From Candidatus Woesebacteria bacterium (lineage in GTDB: Bacteria > Patescibacteriota > Microgenomatia > UBA8517), in NCBI GenBank assembly GCA_013374835.1, contig CP055307.1, positions 279,315 to 343,314 of the forward strand: DNA of 64,000 bases. Direction: 5' to 3'. The notes under the pieces are model-generated. The model was not told the DNA's origin. It saw only the letters and a program-made list of their open reading frames with translations, and ran no database searches. This document shows, piece after piece, positions 18,813 to 27,814 of the stretch. The position numbers and the translations under genes were made by a program. Within the stretch, counting starts at the first letter, position 1. Each line of letters begins with the position of its first letter.

Positions 18813-19140
18813 TTGTCGATCCCTCTATTTCTTCTTGTGCAGAATTTGTTGCTTCTTCGGATTCAACTGCATTTTCTTTTTTTTCTTCTTGTGATTTTTG
18901 CGTGTTTGAAACAATGTTTATAGGTGCTATGTTTTCCTCATTTATGTATATTCTTTGTTGAAGTGAGCCCATTTCATTAATATCCAAGTTTGGCTCGACT
19001 TTTGCGAGTGTTTCTTCAGATACGATTGGTTCAGGCTCAATACTTAATGCTCTATAGACCTCGAAACCTATCCAGATAAAACTCGTTATCACAGTAAGAA
19101 TTCCTAGCTTGACTATGGTGGGTGAGTTTTTTTTATTCAT
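18805..19140 (-). CDS. Small single-pass membrane protein with an acidic C-terminus, hypothetical (a PilP-like position)
   Basis: 111 aa with one transmembrane helix and an E/S-rich tail. Translationally coupled to the PilO-like gene. Confidence 0.35.
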   Translation of the reverse strand: MNKKNSPTIVKLGILTVITSFIWIGFEVYRALSIEPEPIVSEETLAKVEPNLDINEMGSLQQRIYINEENIAPINIVSNTQKSQEEKKENAVESEEATNSAQEEIEGSTNE

Positions 19141-19798
19141 TTTTATTTATATATACTATCCTTCCTGTTATGTTTGCAGTAAGAGAAAAAGCTGTTTCTT
19201 CATTAGAGATGCTTACTAATGATATATCAAAAAAGATTGGTCTTTTTAGTATTTGAAGATCGGAAATAAATGAAAAGAGAGAGGAATAATCCCCGGTTGC
19301 TCCTATTATGACGGGAATGTTTTGTGCGTTTTCAGGAATGATTACTAAATCATCATCGAGTTCTTCTTGTGTATCCTCTGTGCCGACAATGGTGGCGTCA
19401 GATATTGAAAGTTCGGTTAGATTTACACCGTTTTTTTGTGATAAACCTTCAATTTGTCTAATAAATTTGTGAACTTCGGGTTCGGCTGGGACTGCTTCGT
19501 TTAGGAGATTAATGTTTTGGGTTTGAGAGTCGTAGAGCTCTTTTGCTTTTATGAGATTACTTATTTTTTGATCCATTGTTTTTATTGTTTCTTCTTTTTC
19601 GGTCATTTGTCTATATAGTTTGGCTATTGTGACAAGGGTGGGTTTAATTGCAAAAAGTCCGAAGATTATTACGGTTGCCATCGAAAGCAAAAGCTCGATA
19701 AACATTTTTAAGTCTTGCCGAGTTTTATAAAGCGTAGCGACGTTTCTTAGATATTTTTTGTAAACTTCGTAGTTTTGTTGCCACTTTGTTTGTTTCAT
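19133..19798 (-). CDS. PilO-like type IV pilus inner-membrane assembly protein
   Basis: Short cytoplasmic N-terminus, one transmembrane helix, a coiled coil and then a periplasmic domain. It lies immediately downstream of the PilN-like gene. Confidence 0.45.
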   Translation of the reverse strand: MKQTKWQQNYEVYKKYLRNVATLYKTRQDLKMFIELLLSMATVIIFGLFAIKPTLVTIAKLYRQMTEKEETIKTMDQKISNLIKAKELYDSQTQNINLLNEAVPAEPEVHKFIRQIEGLSQKNGVNLTELSISDATIVGTEDTQEELDDDLVIIPENAQNIPVIIGATGDYSSLFSFISDLQILKRPIFFDISLVSISNEETAFSLTANITGRIVYINKNE

Positions 19799-19811
19799 TT
19801 TTTTATTTTAA

Positions 19812-20420
19812 CTAAGTTTCATTTTTTGCGTTTTCCGAAAAGATTGGTCTAATGTTGATTGTAAAATCTATGAAGATAGATTCTTTGTTTGATTCTATTT
19901 GAGATATTGTGATGTTTTCGAATTCCTCTTCGGCTTTTAAGTTTGCTACGAATTGAGATATATTTTGTTCCACTAGGCTTTGTCCTTTAATTATTATTTC
20001 CTCGGGTTTTTTGGAATAAGAAGTAAGCGTTACTTCTTGCGGCAGCCTTTTGACTATTTTTTCTAAGCTTGGTGCTGGTTTGTATTTCTCATCGTTTAGA
20101 AATTTATAAATGGCGAGTTTTTTTTGGGTAAGTTTAAACTCTTTTTCGAAATTGGAGTAAGACTTTATTAGGTTTTCTTTTTGTTCTATCTCGTCGTTTA
20201 GGTTTGAGTGCTTAATATCTAGCCAGAAGCGTGCAATAAAGCCCATTATAACTATTAATTCTACGAATATAACTATAAACCTAAATGTTGTTAAAATCCA
20301 CTTTAATATTCGTCCCGTTGGCGATGATTCGAATTCGCTTTGTGGGAGAAGATTTATTTGTCTTTTTTTAGAACGGACAGGCATATCCTTTGCTTTTTGT
20401 GCTTTATGTAAATATAACAC
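19812..20420 (-). CDS. PilN-like type IV pilus assembly protein
   Basis: Hallmark INLLP motif (RQINLLPQSEFE) followed by a single transmembrane helix and a periplasmic domain. Confidence 0.55.
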   Translation of the reverse strand: MLYLHKAQKAKDMPVRSKKRQINLLPQSEFESSPTGRILKWILTTFRFIVIFVELIVIMGFIARFWLDIKHSNLNDEIEQKENLIKSYSNFEKEFKLTQKKLAIYKFLNDEKYKPAPSLEKIVKRLPQEVTLTSYSKKPEEIIIKGQSLVEQNISQFVANLKAEEEFENITISQIESNKESIFIDFTINIRPIFSENAKNET

Positions 20421-20442
20421 AGAATAAGTCTACTCTGGTAGA

Positions 20443-20691
20443 TTATTTTTGTTTTTTAGAGATTTGAAGTTTGGAGAGAGTGCTTTTGATGCGTGAAGCT
20501 TTGTTTTTGTGAATTATTTTCTTTTTAGCTGCTTTATCGGCTTGGGATATTGCTTTTGAGATATCTTTTAGCTTTTTGCTTTTTTTAGCAATGCGTAACG
20601 AAGCCTCCATTGAGGATAATATTTTTTTATTTATTTTTGCTTTTCTTTTTGAGCTTCTGAGGGCTCTTTTGGCTGTTTTTGTTATAGGCAT
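20443..20691 (-). CDS. rpsT: 30S ribosomal protein S20
   Basis: MPITKTAKRALRSSKRK...KIIHKNKASRIKSTLSK. 82 aa. Confidence 0.8.
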   Translation of the reverse strand: MPITKTAKRALRSSKRKAKINKKILSSMEASLRIAKKSKKLKDISKAISQADKAAKKKIIHKNKASRIKSTLSKLQISKKQK

Positions 20692-20769
20692 AAATTATAA
20701 ACTTTAATAGCAATTTGTTGCGGATTGTTGATTGTGAGTATAAAGCATGCGATATAAAATATCAAATAG

Positions 20770-22500
20770 ATGATAATAAAAATACCAAGAGGAATCGTTT
20801 TGAGGGGCAAAAGACTTATTTTTTCTGAGCAGAATTCGATACTTTCTGCCGCGAGCATTATTATGGTGATGATTGTTTTTTCAAAGATTTTGGGGTTAGT
20901 TAGACAAAGGGTGCTTTTGAGTTTTTTTGTTCCGGATGAGCTTAGCCTTTTTTTTGCTGCATTTAGATTTCCCGACCTTGTGTTTGAGGTGCTTACGATG
21001 GGTACTTTATCTAGTGCTTTTATACCTGTTTTTACAAAACTTTTTAAGAAAGATCAGCAGCTTGCTTGGAAAACTGCTGGAAGGATGCTTAATCTTGGGC
21101 TTTTAATATTTGCTTTGATATCTATAGTGTTTGGTATATTTGCAGAAGATTTATATAGAATAGTAGCTCCAGGATTTAGTCCAGAGCAAACGGAGAAGAT
21201 TGGATATTTGGCACGAGTTTTGTTTGCTGCTCAGGGGTTTTTTGTAATTAGTTATATTTTAACCGGAGTTTTGGAGTCGTTAAGGCGGTTTTTGATCCCG
21301 GCGTTGGCTCCTCTTTTTTATAATCTCGGAATTATAGCGGGAACCGTGCTTTTTTCGAGCAGATTTCATCTTCTTGCTCCTTCGCTGGGCGTACTTATGG
21401 GTGCATTTGCTCACTTTTTAATACAGCTTCCTTTGTCATATAAGCTTGGGTTTAGATTTGAGATTTCGTTAAGACCCACAAAAGAAGTAAAAAAGATTGG
21501 TAGGCTTGCAATGCCTAGGATATTTGAGCTTTCGGTTTTGCAGATTTCGAAAACTGTAGAGCTTTTTTTAGCCTCTCTTATTTCTACTGCATCGTATACT
21601 TATTACACTCTTGCAAATTCCGTGCAACTTATACCTGTGGGACTTTTTGGAGTGAGTTTGGCAAAAGCTGCACTTCCTACTTTGACCAGCCAATCGGATG
21701 ATCTTGCCAAATTTAAAAGCACTTTTTTCTCGACTTTGTATCAGGTGGTTTTTTTAGTGATGCCTATCGCGGGTGGATTGATTGTGTTTCGAATACCAAT
21801 TGTCAGATTGTTATTTGGCACGGATATCTTTGATTGGGAGGCTACGGTGCAGACCGGATTGGTTTTATCTGCCTTTGCATTGGGAGTTCCTTTTCAAGCT
21901 GCCGTAATGCTTCTTAATAGGGCGTTTTATGCGCTGAATGATACAAAGACTCCTGTTTTTATTTCTCTTATTGGTACGACAATTGCAATTATTTTTTCTT
22001 TTATCGGTATACTGCTTTTAGACCTTCCAACTTGGGCGCTGTCCGCATCCTTTTCTTCGGGGGTAATTGTCCAATCCATTCTACTTTTTTATATATTGAG
22101 TAACAGGATAAACGGTGGAGTATTGATAAATTTATATCCTTTTTTCAAGACGATTGTTTCAAGTTTGGTATCAAGTGGAGTGATGTACTTTATTCTTAAG
22201 TTTTTTGATAGATCGGTTTGGGTTAAGCGATTATCTTTTTTGGGGAGTTTGGATGCGCATAAAAGGCTTGATTTTGAGAAATTTGTATTGGATACACGAT
22301 ATACTACAAATTTATTAATTCTTACTTTGGTAACCTTTTTAGTGGGTGGTGTTTTTTACTTTTTGGCAGGTTATTTACTGAGATCACAAGAACTGTTTAC
22401 TTTAACAAGCCTTATCAAAAGGAGAAAAAAAATATCTTCTCCGCCTATTCGAGAATCCGAAACAGTATCTCCTTCTGTAAAGGATAATACGGAATTTTGA
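20770..22500 (+). CDS. murJ: Lipid II flippase MurJ
   Basis: N-terminus AASIIMVMIVFSKILGLVRQRVLLSFF...FFAAFRFPDL and 14 transmembrane helices, typical of MurJ/MviN. Confidence 0.85.
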   Translation: MIIKIPRGIVLRGKRLIFSEQNSILSAASIIMVMIVFSKILGLVRQRVLLSFFVPDELSLFFAAFRFPDLVFEVLTMGTLSSAFIPVFTKLFKKDQQLAWKTAGRMLNLGLLIFALISIVFGIFAEDLYRIVAPGFSPEQTEKIGYLARVLFAAQGFFVISYILTGVLESLRRFLIPALAPLFYNLGIIAGTVLFSSRFHLLAPSLGVLMGAFAHFLIQLPLSYKLGFRFEISLRPTKEVKKIGRLAMPRIFELSVLQISKTVELFLASLISTASYTYYTLANSVQLIPVGLFGVSLAKAALPTLTSQSDDLAKFKSTFFSTLYQVVFLVMPIAGGLIVFRIPIVRLLFGTDIFDWEATVQTGLVLSAFALGVPFQAAVMLLNRAFYALNDTKTPVFISLIGTTIAIIFSFIGILLLDLPTWALSASFSSGVIVQSILLFYILSNRINGGVLINLYPFFKTIVSSLVSSGVMYFILKFFDRSVWVKRLSFLGSLDAHKRLDFEKFVLDTRYTTNLLILTLVTFLVGGVFYFLAGYLLRSQELFTLTSLIKRRKKISSPPIRESETVSPSVKDNTEF

Positions 22501-22502
22501 TA

Positions 22503-22539
22503 TTGACACGGCTTAGCACTCATGGTATTTTACTGCTAA
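22503..22539 (+). promoter_or_regulatory. Sigma70-like -35 box (TTGACA, 22503-22508) plus a CIRCE inverted repeat (HrcA operator) at 22513-22539
   Basis: TTAGCACTC-atggtattt-TACTGCTAA compared with the CIRCE consensus TTAGCACTC-N9-GAGTGCTAA. The left arm is 9/9, the right arm 7/9 and the spacer exactly 9 nt. It ends 3 nt before the hrcA ATG. Confidence 0.75.
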
Positions 22540-22541
22540 TA

Positions 22542-23270
22542 ATGGAAGCTTTATCTGCAAGACAGACACAGATTTTAAAGGCTTTAATTGATGAGTATAT
22601 TGAAACCGCTTTGCCAGTTGGATCTTTGGCATTGGAAAAAAAATATAACCTTGGAGTTTCTCCAGCTACCATAAGAAACGAGATGGCAGCGCTAACAAAA
22701 GCGGGTTTTCTTAAACAGCCCTATACGTCTGCTGGACGGGTGCCTACTCCGTCGGCGATGAAGTTTTATATAAATCAATTAATGGAGGAAAAGAAATTGT
22801 CTGTTGCCGATGAGGTACGAGCAAAAGAGGGTGTTTGGGAGGTAAGAAATGATTTTGATGTATTGATGGATAAGGCAACAAGGGCGCTTTCTCAGAAAAC
22901 CAAAACTTTGTCCGTAGCGGCTACGGTTGACGGTTCGACTTGGAGCCATGGGTATTCGCAGGTATTTAATAATCCGGAATTTAATAATTTTCAGGTTTGT
23001 CAAAATCTTTTTTCTTTGATAGAACAAGAAAAAAGGCTCGTTGAGCTGTTCTTTGGCAAGTTTACCGGCTTGAGTCAGATTGAAGTTTTGTTTGGAGAAG
23101 AGTTGGGTTGGGAATATTTTGATCCTGTGGGTATAGTGGCCACACGCTTTAACGTGAGAGGCAATGAAGGTGCTATTGGTGTAATTGGTCCTTTTAGACT
23201 TAATTATTCTGCGGTGATTCCTGTGGTAAGATATTTTGGTGATCTGGTCGAGCAAGTTGCTAAAAAATAG
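22542..23270 (+). CDS. hrcA: Heat-inducible transcription repressor HrcA
   Basis: MEALSARQTQILKALIDEYIETALPVGSLALEKKYNLGVSPATIRNEMAAL...TSAGRVPT. The start is set at 22542 rather than the track start at 22497, which would contain CIRCE. Confidence 0.8.
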   Translation: MEALSARQTQILKALIDEYIETALPVGSLALEKKYNLGVSPATIRNEMAALTKAGFLKQPYTSAGRVPTPSAMKFYINQLMEEKKLSVADEVRAKEGVWEVRNDFDVLMDKATRALSQKTKTLSVAATVDGSTWSHGYSQVFNNPEFNNFQVCQNLFSLIEQEKRLVELFFGKFTGLSQIEVLFGEELGWEYFDPVGIVATRFNVRGNEGAIGVIGPFRLNYSAVIPVVRYFGDLVEQVAKK

Positions 23271-23271
23271 T

Positions 23272-23730
23272 ATGGCTAAACAAAAACAGCAAAATAAAAA
23301 TAAGACAAAAGAATTAGAGGAACTTAAAAATCAGCTTGCAAGGGCGCTTGCAGATTATGATAATTTGAGAAAACGCACTGAAAAGGAGAAAGAGAGTTTT
23401 GAAAAGATGTTGAACGCAAGATTTGTTAGCAAGTTGTTACCTGTTTTTGATATGATTGAAAATGCACAGAATCATCTTAATGATTCTGGGCTTGCCATTG
23501 CGATTGATGAGCTTTTTTCTAGATTAAAGGAAGAGGGTGTTGTCAGAATTGAACCTAAAAAGGGTGATCAGTTTAACGGAGAATTGCACGAAGCTGTTGA
23601 TTCTTTAGTGCAGGATAAATTATCAGAAGGACAAATATTGGAGACAGTGTTAAAGGGGTGGATTATGAACGATTTTGTTTTGAGACCTGCTAAGGTTGTT
23701 GTTGCAAAAAGGAGGAATAAAGATGAGTAA
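23272..23730 (+). CDS. grpE: Nucleotide exchange factor GrpE
   Basis: [28 protein letters not shown] and a C-terminal beta domain. The start is at MAKQKQQ, 1 nt after the hrcA stop. Confidence 0.85.
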   Translation: MAKQKQQNKNKTKELEELKNQLARALADYDNLRKRTEKEKESFEKMLNARFVSKLLPVFDMIENAQNHLNDSGLAIAIDELFSRLKEEGVVRIEPKKGDQFNGELHEAVDSLVQDKLSEGQILETVLKGWIMNDFVLRPAKVVVAKRRNKDE

Positions 23731-25627
23731 AATTATTGGGATAGATTTGGGTACAACAAATTCCGTAGTTGCTGTGATGGAGGGTGGGCAGACAAAGGTT
23801 ATTCCAGCCTCCGATACGGGGAGAAATATTACTCCGTCGGTGGTTGAGCCTGTTAAAAATCTGGTTGGTGATGTTGCAAAGCGGCAGATGATACTTAATC
23901 CTAAAAAAACAATATACTCCGTTAAGAGATTAATGGGAAGAAGATTTGACTCCGAGGAGGTTAAAAAAACTCAAAAAATGGTTTCATACGAAATTGTTAA
24001 AGGAAAAGATGGTGGTGCTGTAGTCGAAGTTGAAGGCAAAACTTATACTCCACAGGAGATTTCTGCAAGGATACTGATGAAGCTTAAGAAAGACGCAGAG
24101 ACTTATTTGGGAGAGAGCGTTGAAAAGGCTGTAATTACAGTGCCTGCCTATTTTGACGATTCTCAAAGACAGGCTACGAAGCAGGCCGGTGAGATAGCTG
24201 GACTTACAGTTGAGAGAATCATAAACGAGCCCACGGCTGCTTCGCTTGCTTATGGACTTGATAAGAAAAAAAATGAAAAAATCGCAGTCTATGATCTTGG
24301 GGGAGGCACTTTTGATATATCTATTCTTGAACTTGGCGATGGCGTTTTTGAGGTGAAGGCGACGAATGGGGACACACATCTTGGAGGGGATGATTTTGAC
24401 GAAAGACTGGTTGATTATATAGCCGAGGAATTTAAGAAAGAGCATGGAGTTGATTTAAGAGATGACAAGCAAGCTCTTCAGAGAATTCGAGATGCGGCTG
24501 AAAAGGCTAAAATTGAGCTTTCAAGTGCTTCAGAAGTTGAAGTAAATCAGCCCTATATAACCCAGAAAGATGGTACACCGCTTCATCTTACACTGAAGAT
24601 AACAAGGGCGAAGTTTGAGTCTTTGGTTGATGATTTGATCGAAAAGACCATGAAGCCTGTGAATGAATGCTTAAAGGATGCCAAACTAGATCCAAAAGAT
24701 ATAGACGAGGTTATTATGGTGGGTGGTATGACAAGGATGCCGAAGATTGTCGAGGTGGTAAAAGGGTTTTTTGGAAAAGAACCGAATAAGAGTGTAAATC
24801 CTGATGAGGTTGTGGCTATAGGGGCTGCTATTCAAGGTGGGGTTTTGGCGGGTGAGGTAAAGGATATTTTGCTTTTAGATGTGACTCCACTTACCTTAGC
24901 TATTGAAACGTTGGGTGGCGTGGCTACCCCGATGATTCCTCGAAATACGACTATTCCTACTTCTAAAACTGAGGTCTTTTCCACCGCTTCCGATAATCAG
25001 ACTCAAGTACAGATAGTAGTAACTCAAGGTGAAAGACCGATGAGTGCAGACAACAAAGTTTTGGGGACATTTACGTTGGACGGAATTCCGCCTGCTCCTC
25101 GCGGTGTTCCACAAATTGAGGTAACTTTTGATATTGACAGTAATGGCATATTGAAAGTGACCGCTAAAGACAAGGCAACAGGTAAAAGCCAGGATATTAC
25201 TATAACGGGAGCGGTGGGATTGAGCGATGAGGAAATTGAAAAGATGAAGAAGGAAGCTGAAGCGCATAAAGAGGAGGATAGACGAAAGGCTGAAGAGATT
25301 GAGATAAGAAATAGGGCTGATGGTTTGGTGGCCGCTGCAGAAAAGGCTCTAAAAGATGCTGCCGGAAAAGTTCCTTCTGATATTGTTGAGAAGGTGAACG
25401 AAAAGATTAAAGCGGTAAAAGACGAGTTGGCAAAAACGGAGTTGAATAAGGAAGACCTAGAGAAAAAGACACAAGAATTATCAGAGGAGCTTTCGAAAGT
25501 AGGTCAGGCAATGTATGGGAGCCAGGATAAGAGCAAGGGGGAGAAGACTTCTGAGTCTGGTGATAAAAAAGATGATGATAAAAAGAATCCGGATGGCCAG
25601 GTGGAAGAGGGAGAGATAGTTGAGTAG
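23723..25627 (+). CDS. dnaK: Chaperone DnaK (Hsp70)
   Basis: [18 protein letters not shown]...DLGGGTFD...[14 protein letters not shown] Shine-Dalgarno 8 nt upstream. Confidence 0.95.
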   Translation: MSKIIGIDLGTTNSVVAVMEGGQTKVIPASDTGRNITPSVVEPVKNLVGDVAKRQMILNPKKTIYSVKRLMGRRFDSEEVKKTQKMVSYEIVKGKDGGAVVEVEGKTYTPQEISARILMKLKKDAETYLGESVEKAVITVPAYFDDSQRQATKQAGEIAGLTVERIINEPTAASLAYGLDKKKNEKIAVYDLGGGTFDISILELGDGVFEVKATNGDTHLGGDDFDERLVDYIAEEFKKEHGVDLRDDKQALQRIRDAAEKAKIELSSASEVEVNQPYITQKDGTPLHLTLKITRAKFESLVDDLIEKTMKPVNECLKDAKLDPKDIDEVIMVGGMTRMPKIVEVVKGFFGKEPNKSVNPDEVVAIGAAIQGGVLAGEVKDILLLDVTPLTLAIETLGGVATPMIPRNTTIPTSKTEVFSTASDNQTQVQIVVTQGERPMSADNKVLGTFTLDGIPPAPRGVPQIEVTFDIDSNGILKVTAKDKATGKSQDITITGAVGLSDEEIEKMKKEAEAHKEEDRRKAEEIEIRNRADGLVAAAEKALKDAAGKVPSDIVEKVNEKIKAVKDELAKTELNKEDLEKKTQELSEELSKVGQAMYGSQDKSKGEKTSESGDKKDDDKKNPDGQVEEGEIVE

Positions 25628-25734
25628 GGTTGAAAGAGTTTTTGACGATGGCGCTTAAATTGATAGATTGCGAGGCTTTTCTTCATTGGTAATTGCTTGG
25701 GAGATTTTTATTTTTCTTTTGATGAGTGATTATG

Positions 25735-25787
25735 TTAGCAATCATATTGATTGAGTGCTTAACAGGTGTGCATGAATTTGATACAAT
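25735..25787 (+). promoter_or_regulatory. Second CIRCE element (25735-25761) with an overlapping promoter-like TTAACA-17-TACAAT upstream of dnaJ
   Basis: TTAGCAATC-atattgatt-GAGTGCTTA: 8/9 and 8/9 to the CIRCE consensus with a 9-nt spacer. The -10-like TACAAT is at 25782-25787. Confidence 0.65.
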
Positions 25788-25795
25788 TTTAAATT

Positions 25796-26662
25796 ATGGC
25801 TAATGGAAAAGCTGATTATTACGATATTTTAGGGATTGATAAATCTGCGAGTGCGGAAGAAATAAAAGCTGCTTATAAAAAACAAGCTCTTTTGTGGCAC
25901 CCGGACAGACATAAAGACGATAAGGAGGTTGCAGAAAAGCGTTTTAAGGAAATTAATGAGGCTTATCAGGTTTTGTCCGACCCAGATAAAAGAAGGGCTT
26001 ATGATAATTTTGGGCATCAGGCTTTTTCACCCGGAGGACAGCCTTTTGGTTCTGCTCAGAGTAAATGGGGGCCTTTTACATATACTTATTCGACAAATAT
26101 GGGAGGAGAGAGCCCTTTTTCTGGATTTGATTTTGGTGACCCTTTTGAAATATTTGAGCAATTTTTTGGCGGCGGATCCCCTTTTGGTACCCGTTCTACT
26201 CGTATCCCTCGCTATAGCATAGATATTGATTTTATGGAAGCTGTTTTTGGTGCAGAGAAGGAGGTAGTTATTGGAGGTAAAAAACATAAAATTAAGATCC
26301 CCGCCGGAGTTGATGATGGAAGCAGGATCAGATTTGACGATTTTATTTTATCCATTAATGTTAAGCCACATTCCCTTTTTGAAAGAGACGGATCTGATGT
26401 TTTTGTAAAAATTTTTATTCCTTTTTCAACTGCTTGTTTAGGGGGGGAGATTTTAGTGCCTACTTTAGATGGAGAAATAAAGATAAAAGTTAGAAAAGGT
26501 GTTCAGTCCGGAACGATGATTAGACTTAGAGGAAAGGGAATACCTGTTCTTCATGGACGCGGGAGGGGAGATCAGTATATAAGGTTAATAGTTGATGTGC
26601 CAAAGGAATTGAATCGTGAGCAAAGGATGCTTCTTGAGCAGTTGAGCAAAAAAGGCCTTTGA
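25796..26662 (+). CDS. dnaJ: J-domain co-chaperone, DnaJ/CbpA-like type II with no Cys-rich zinc-finger
   Basis: DYYDILGIDKSASAEEIKAAYKKQALLWHPDRHK J-domain with HPD, G/F-rich region and C-terminal substrate-binding domains. No CxxCxGxG repeats. Confidence 0.8.
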   Translation: MANGKADYYDILGIDKSASAEEIKAAYKKQALLWHPDRHKDDKEVAEKRFKEINEAYQVLSDPDKRRAYDNFGHQAFSPGGQPFGSAQSKWGPFTYTYSTNMGGESPFSGFDFGDPFEIFEQFFGGGSPFGTRSTRIPRYSIDIDFMEAVFGAEKEVVIGGKKHKIKIPAGVDDGSRIRFDDFILSINVKPHSLFERDGSDVFVKIFIPFSTACLGGEILVPTLDGEIKIKVRKGVQSGTMIRLRGKGIPVLHGRGRGDQYIRLIVDVPKELNREQRMLLEQLSKKGL

Positions 26663-26723
26663 GCGACTCTTGTTGACTTCATTGTGGCGTTATCTTAAAA
26701 TATAAAGTAAGTTTAGTAGTTTT

Positions 26724-26754
26724 GGGGTGGGACGAAATGCCCACCTTATTTTTT
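26724..26754 (+). terminator. Rho-independent terminator downstream of dnaJ
   Basis: GGGGTGGGAC-gaaatg-CCCACC hairpin followed by TTATTTTTT. Confidence 0.6.
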
Positions 26755-26771
26755 AATGAAAAATTAGATAT

Positions 26772-27788
26772 ATGGCGGGACAGATGACAAAAAGGACAGA
26801 GTTTAGTCAAGCCCTTAAGGCAATAGCGACCGAGCGTGGGCTTGATCTTGACGTGGTTATGGATGCTATAAAGCAGGCCTATGTGGCGGCATATAAAAAA
26901 GACGCGAAAGAGCTTGGAGAGAAAGTTGAAGGTTTAGAATATGATGCGGAAATAGATCCTGTTACTGGTGAGGCAAGAATTATGGTTTGGTCAGAGGATA
27001 AGCCTGATGAAAAAAAGGATGTTACCCCACCGGGATTTGGAAGGATAGCAGCTCAGACTGCTAAGCAGGTTATTCATCAGAAAATTAGGGAAGCCGAGAA
27101 GAGCGCGATTATGGATGAGTTTAGCGGAAAGATAGGAAGTTTGATTTCTGGGATTGTTTTAAGGTTTGATGGACCGAATGTACGAGTGGATTTGGGAAGG
27201 ACGGAGGGACTTATGCTTGCTTCGGATAGGATACCTAACGAGAGGCTTAATCCAGGACAGAGGTTGACTTTTCTTTTGAAAGATATAGAGGATACTCCGA
27301 GAGGAAAGCAGGTTTTGTTATCGAGAGCCGATACTGAGTTTGTGAGAAAAGTATTTATGAGGGAAGTGCCTGAAATTGCGACCGGCAGCGTTGAGATTAA
27401 AGGCATTGCAAGAGAGCCGGGGGTAAGAACAAAGATTGCTGTTGCTTCTTCGTCGCAAACCGGGGTTGATCCGGTAGGATCTTGCGTTGGCCAAAAGGGG
27501 GTGCGTGTCCAAGCTGTGACTAATGAGCTTGGTGGCGAAAGAGTTGATATTATTGCTTGGACGGAGGATAAGAAGGAGTTTATAAAAGCTTCTTTGTCAC
27601 CTGTAAATATTTTGTCTATTAAAATTAATGAAGATGCAAAAGTTGCTGTTGTAAGTGTAAGCGAAGATGATCTTTCACTTGCAATAGGCAGAGAGGGACA
27701 AAATGCAAGACTTGCCTCTGAGATTACAGGCTATAAAATTGAGGTTGAAAAAGCGAACAAGAGTGAAGAGTCTCAAAAAGAGGATTAG
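26772..27788 (+). CDS. nusA: Transcription termination/antitermination factor NusA (short form with no C-terminal acidic repeats)
   Basis: N-terminal domain ALKAIATERGLDLDVVMDAIKQAYVAAYKK, then S1 and two KH domains. 338 aa. Confidence 0.85.
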   Translation: MAGQMTKRTEFSQALKAIATERGLDLDVVMDAIKQAYVAAYKKDAKELGEKVEGLEYDAEIDPVTGEARIMVWSEDKPDEKKDVTPPGFGRIAAQTAKQVIHQKIREAEKSAIMDEFSGKIGSLISGIVLRFDGPNVRVDLGRTEGLMLASDRIPNERLNPGQRLTFLLKDIEDTPRGKQVLLSRADTEFVRKVFMREVPEIATGSVEIKGIAREPGVRTKIAVASSSQTGVDPVGSCVGQKGVRVQAVTNELGGERVDIIAWTEDKKEFIKASLSPVNILSIKINEDAKVAVVSVSEDDLSLAIGREGQNARLASEITGYKIEVEKANKSEESQKED

Positions 27789-27814
27789 CATGGGACTTAG
27801 AAAGGTGAATAATT

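Noticed and set aside
22497-22541. hrcA start at the first ATG of the track ORF (22497)
   Set aside because: That start would place the CIRCE operator and the TTGACA box inside the coding sequence and overlap the murJ stop. The ATG at 22542 gives a canonical HrcA N-terminus.
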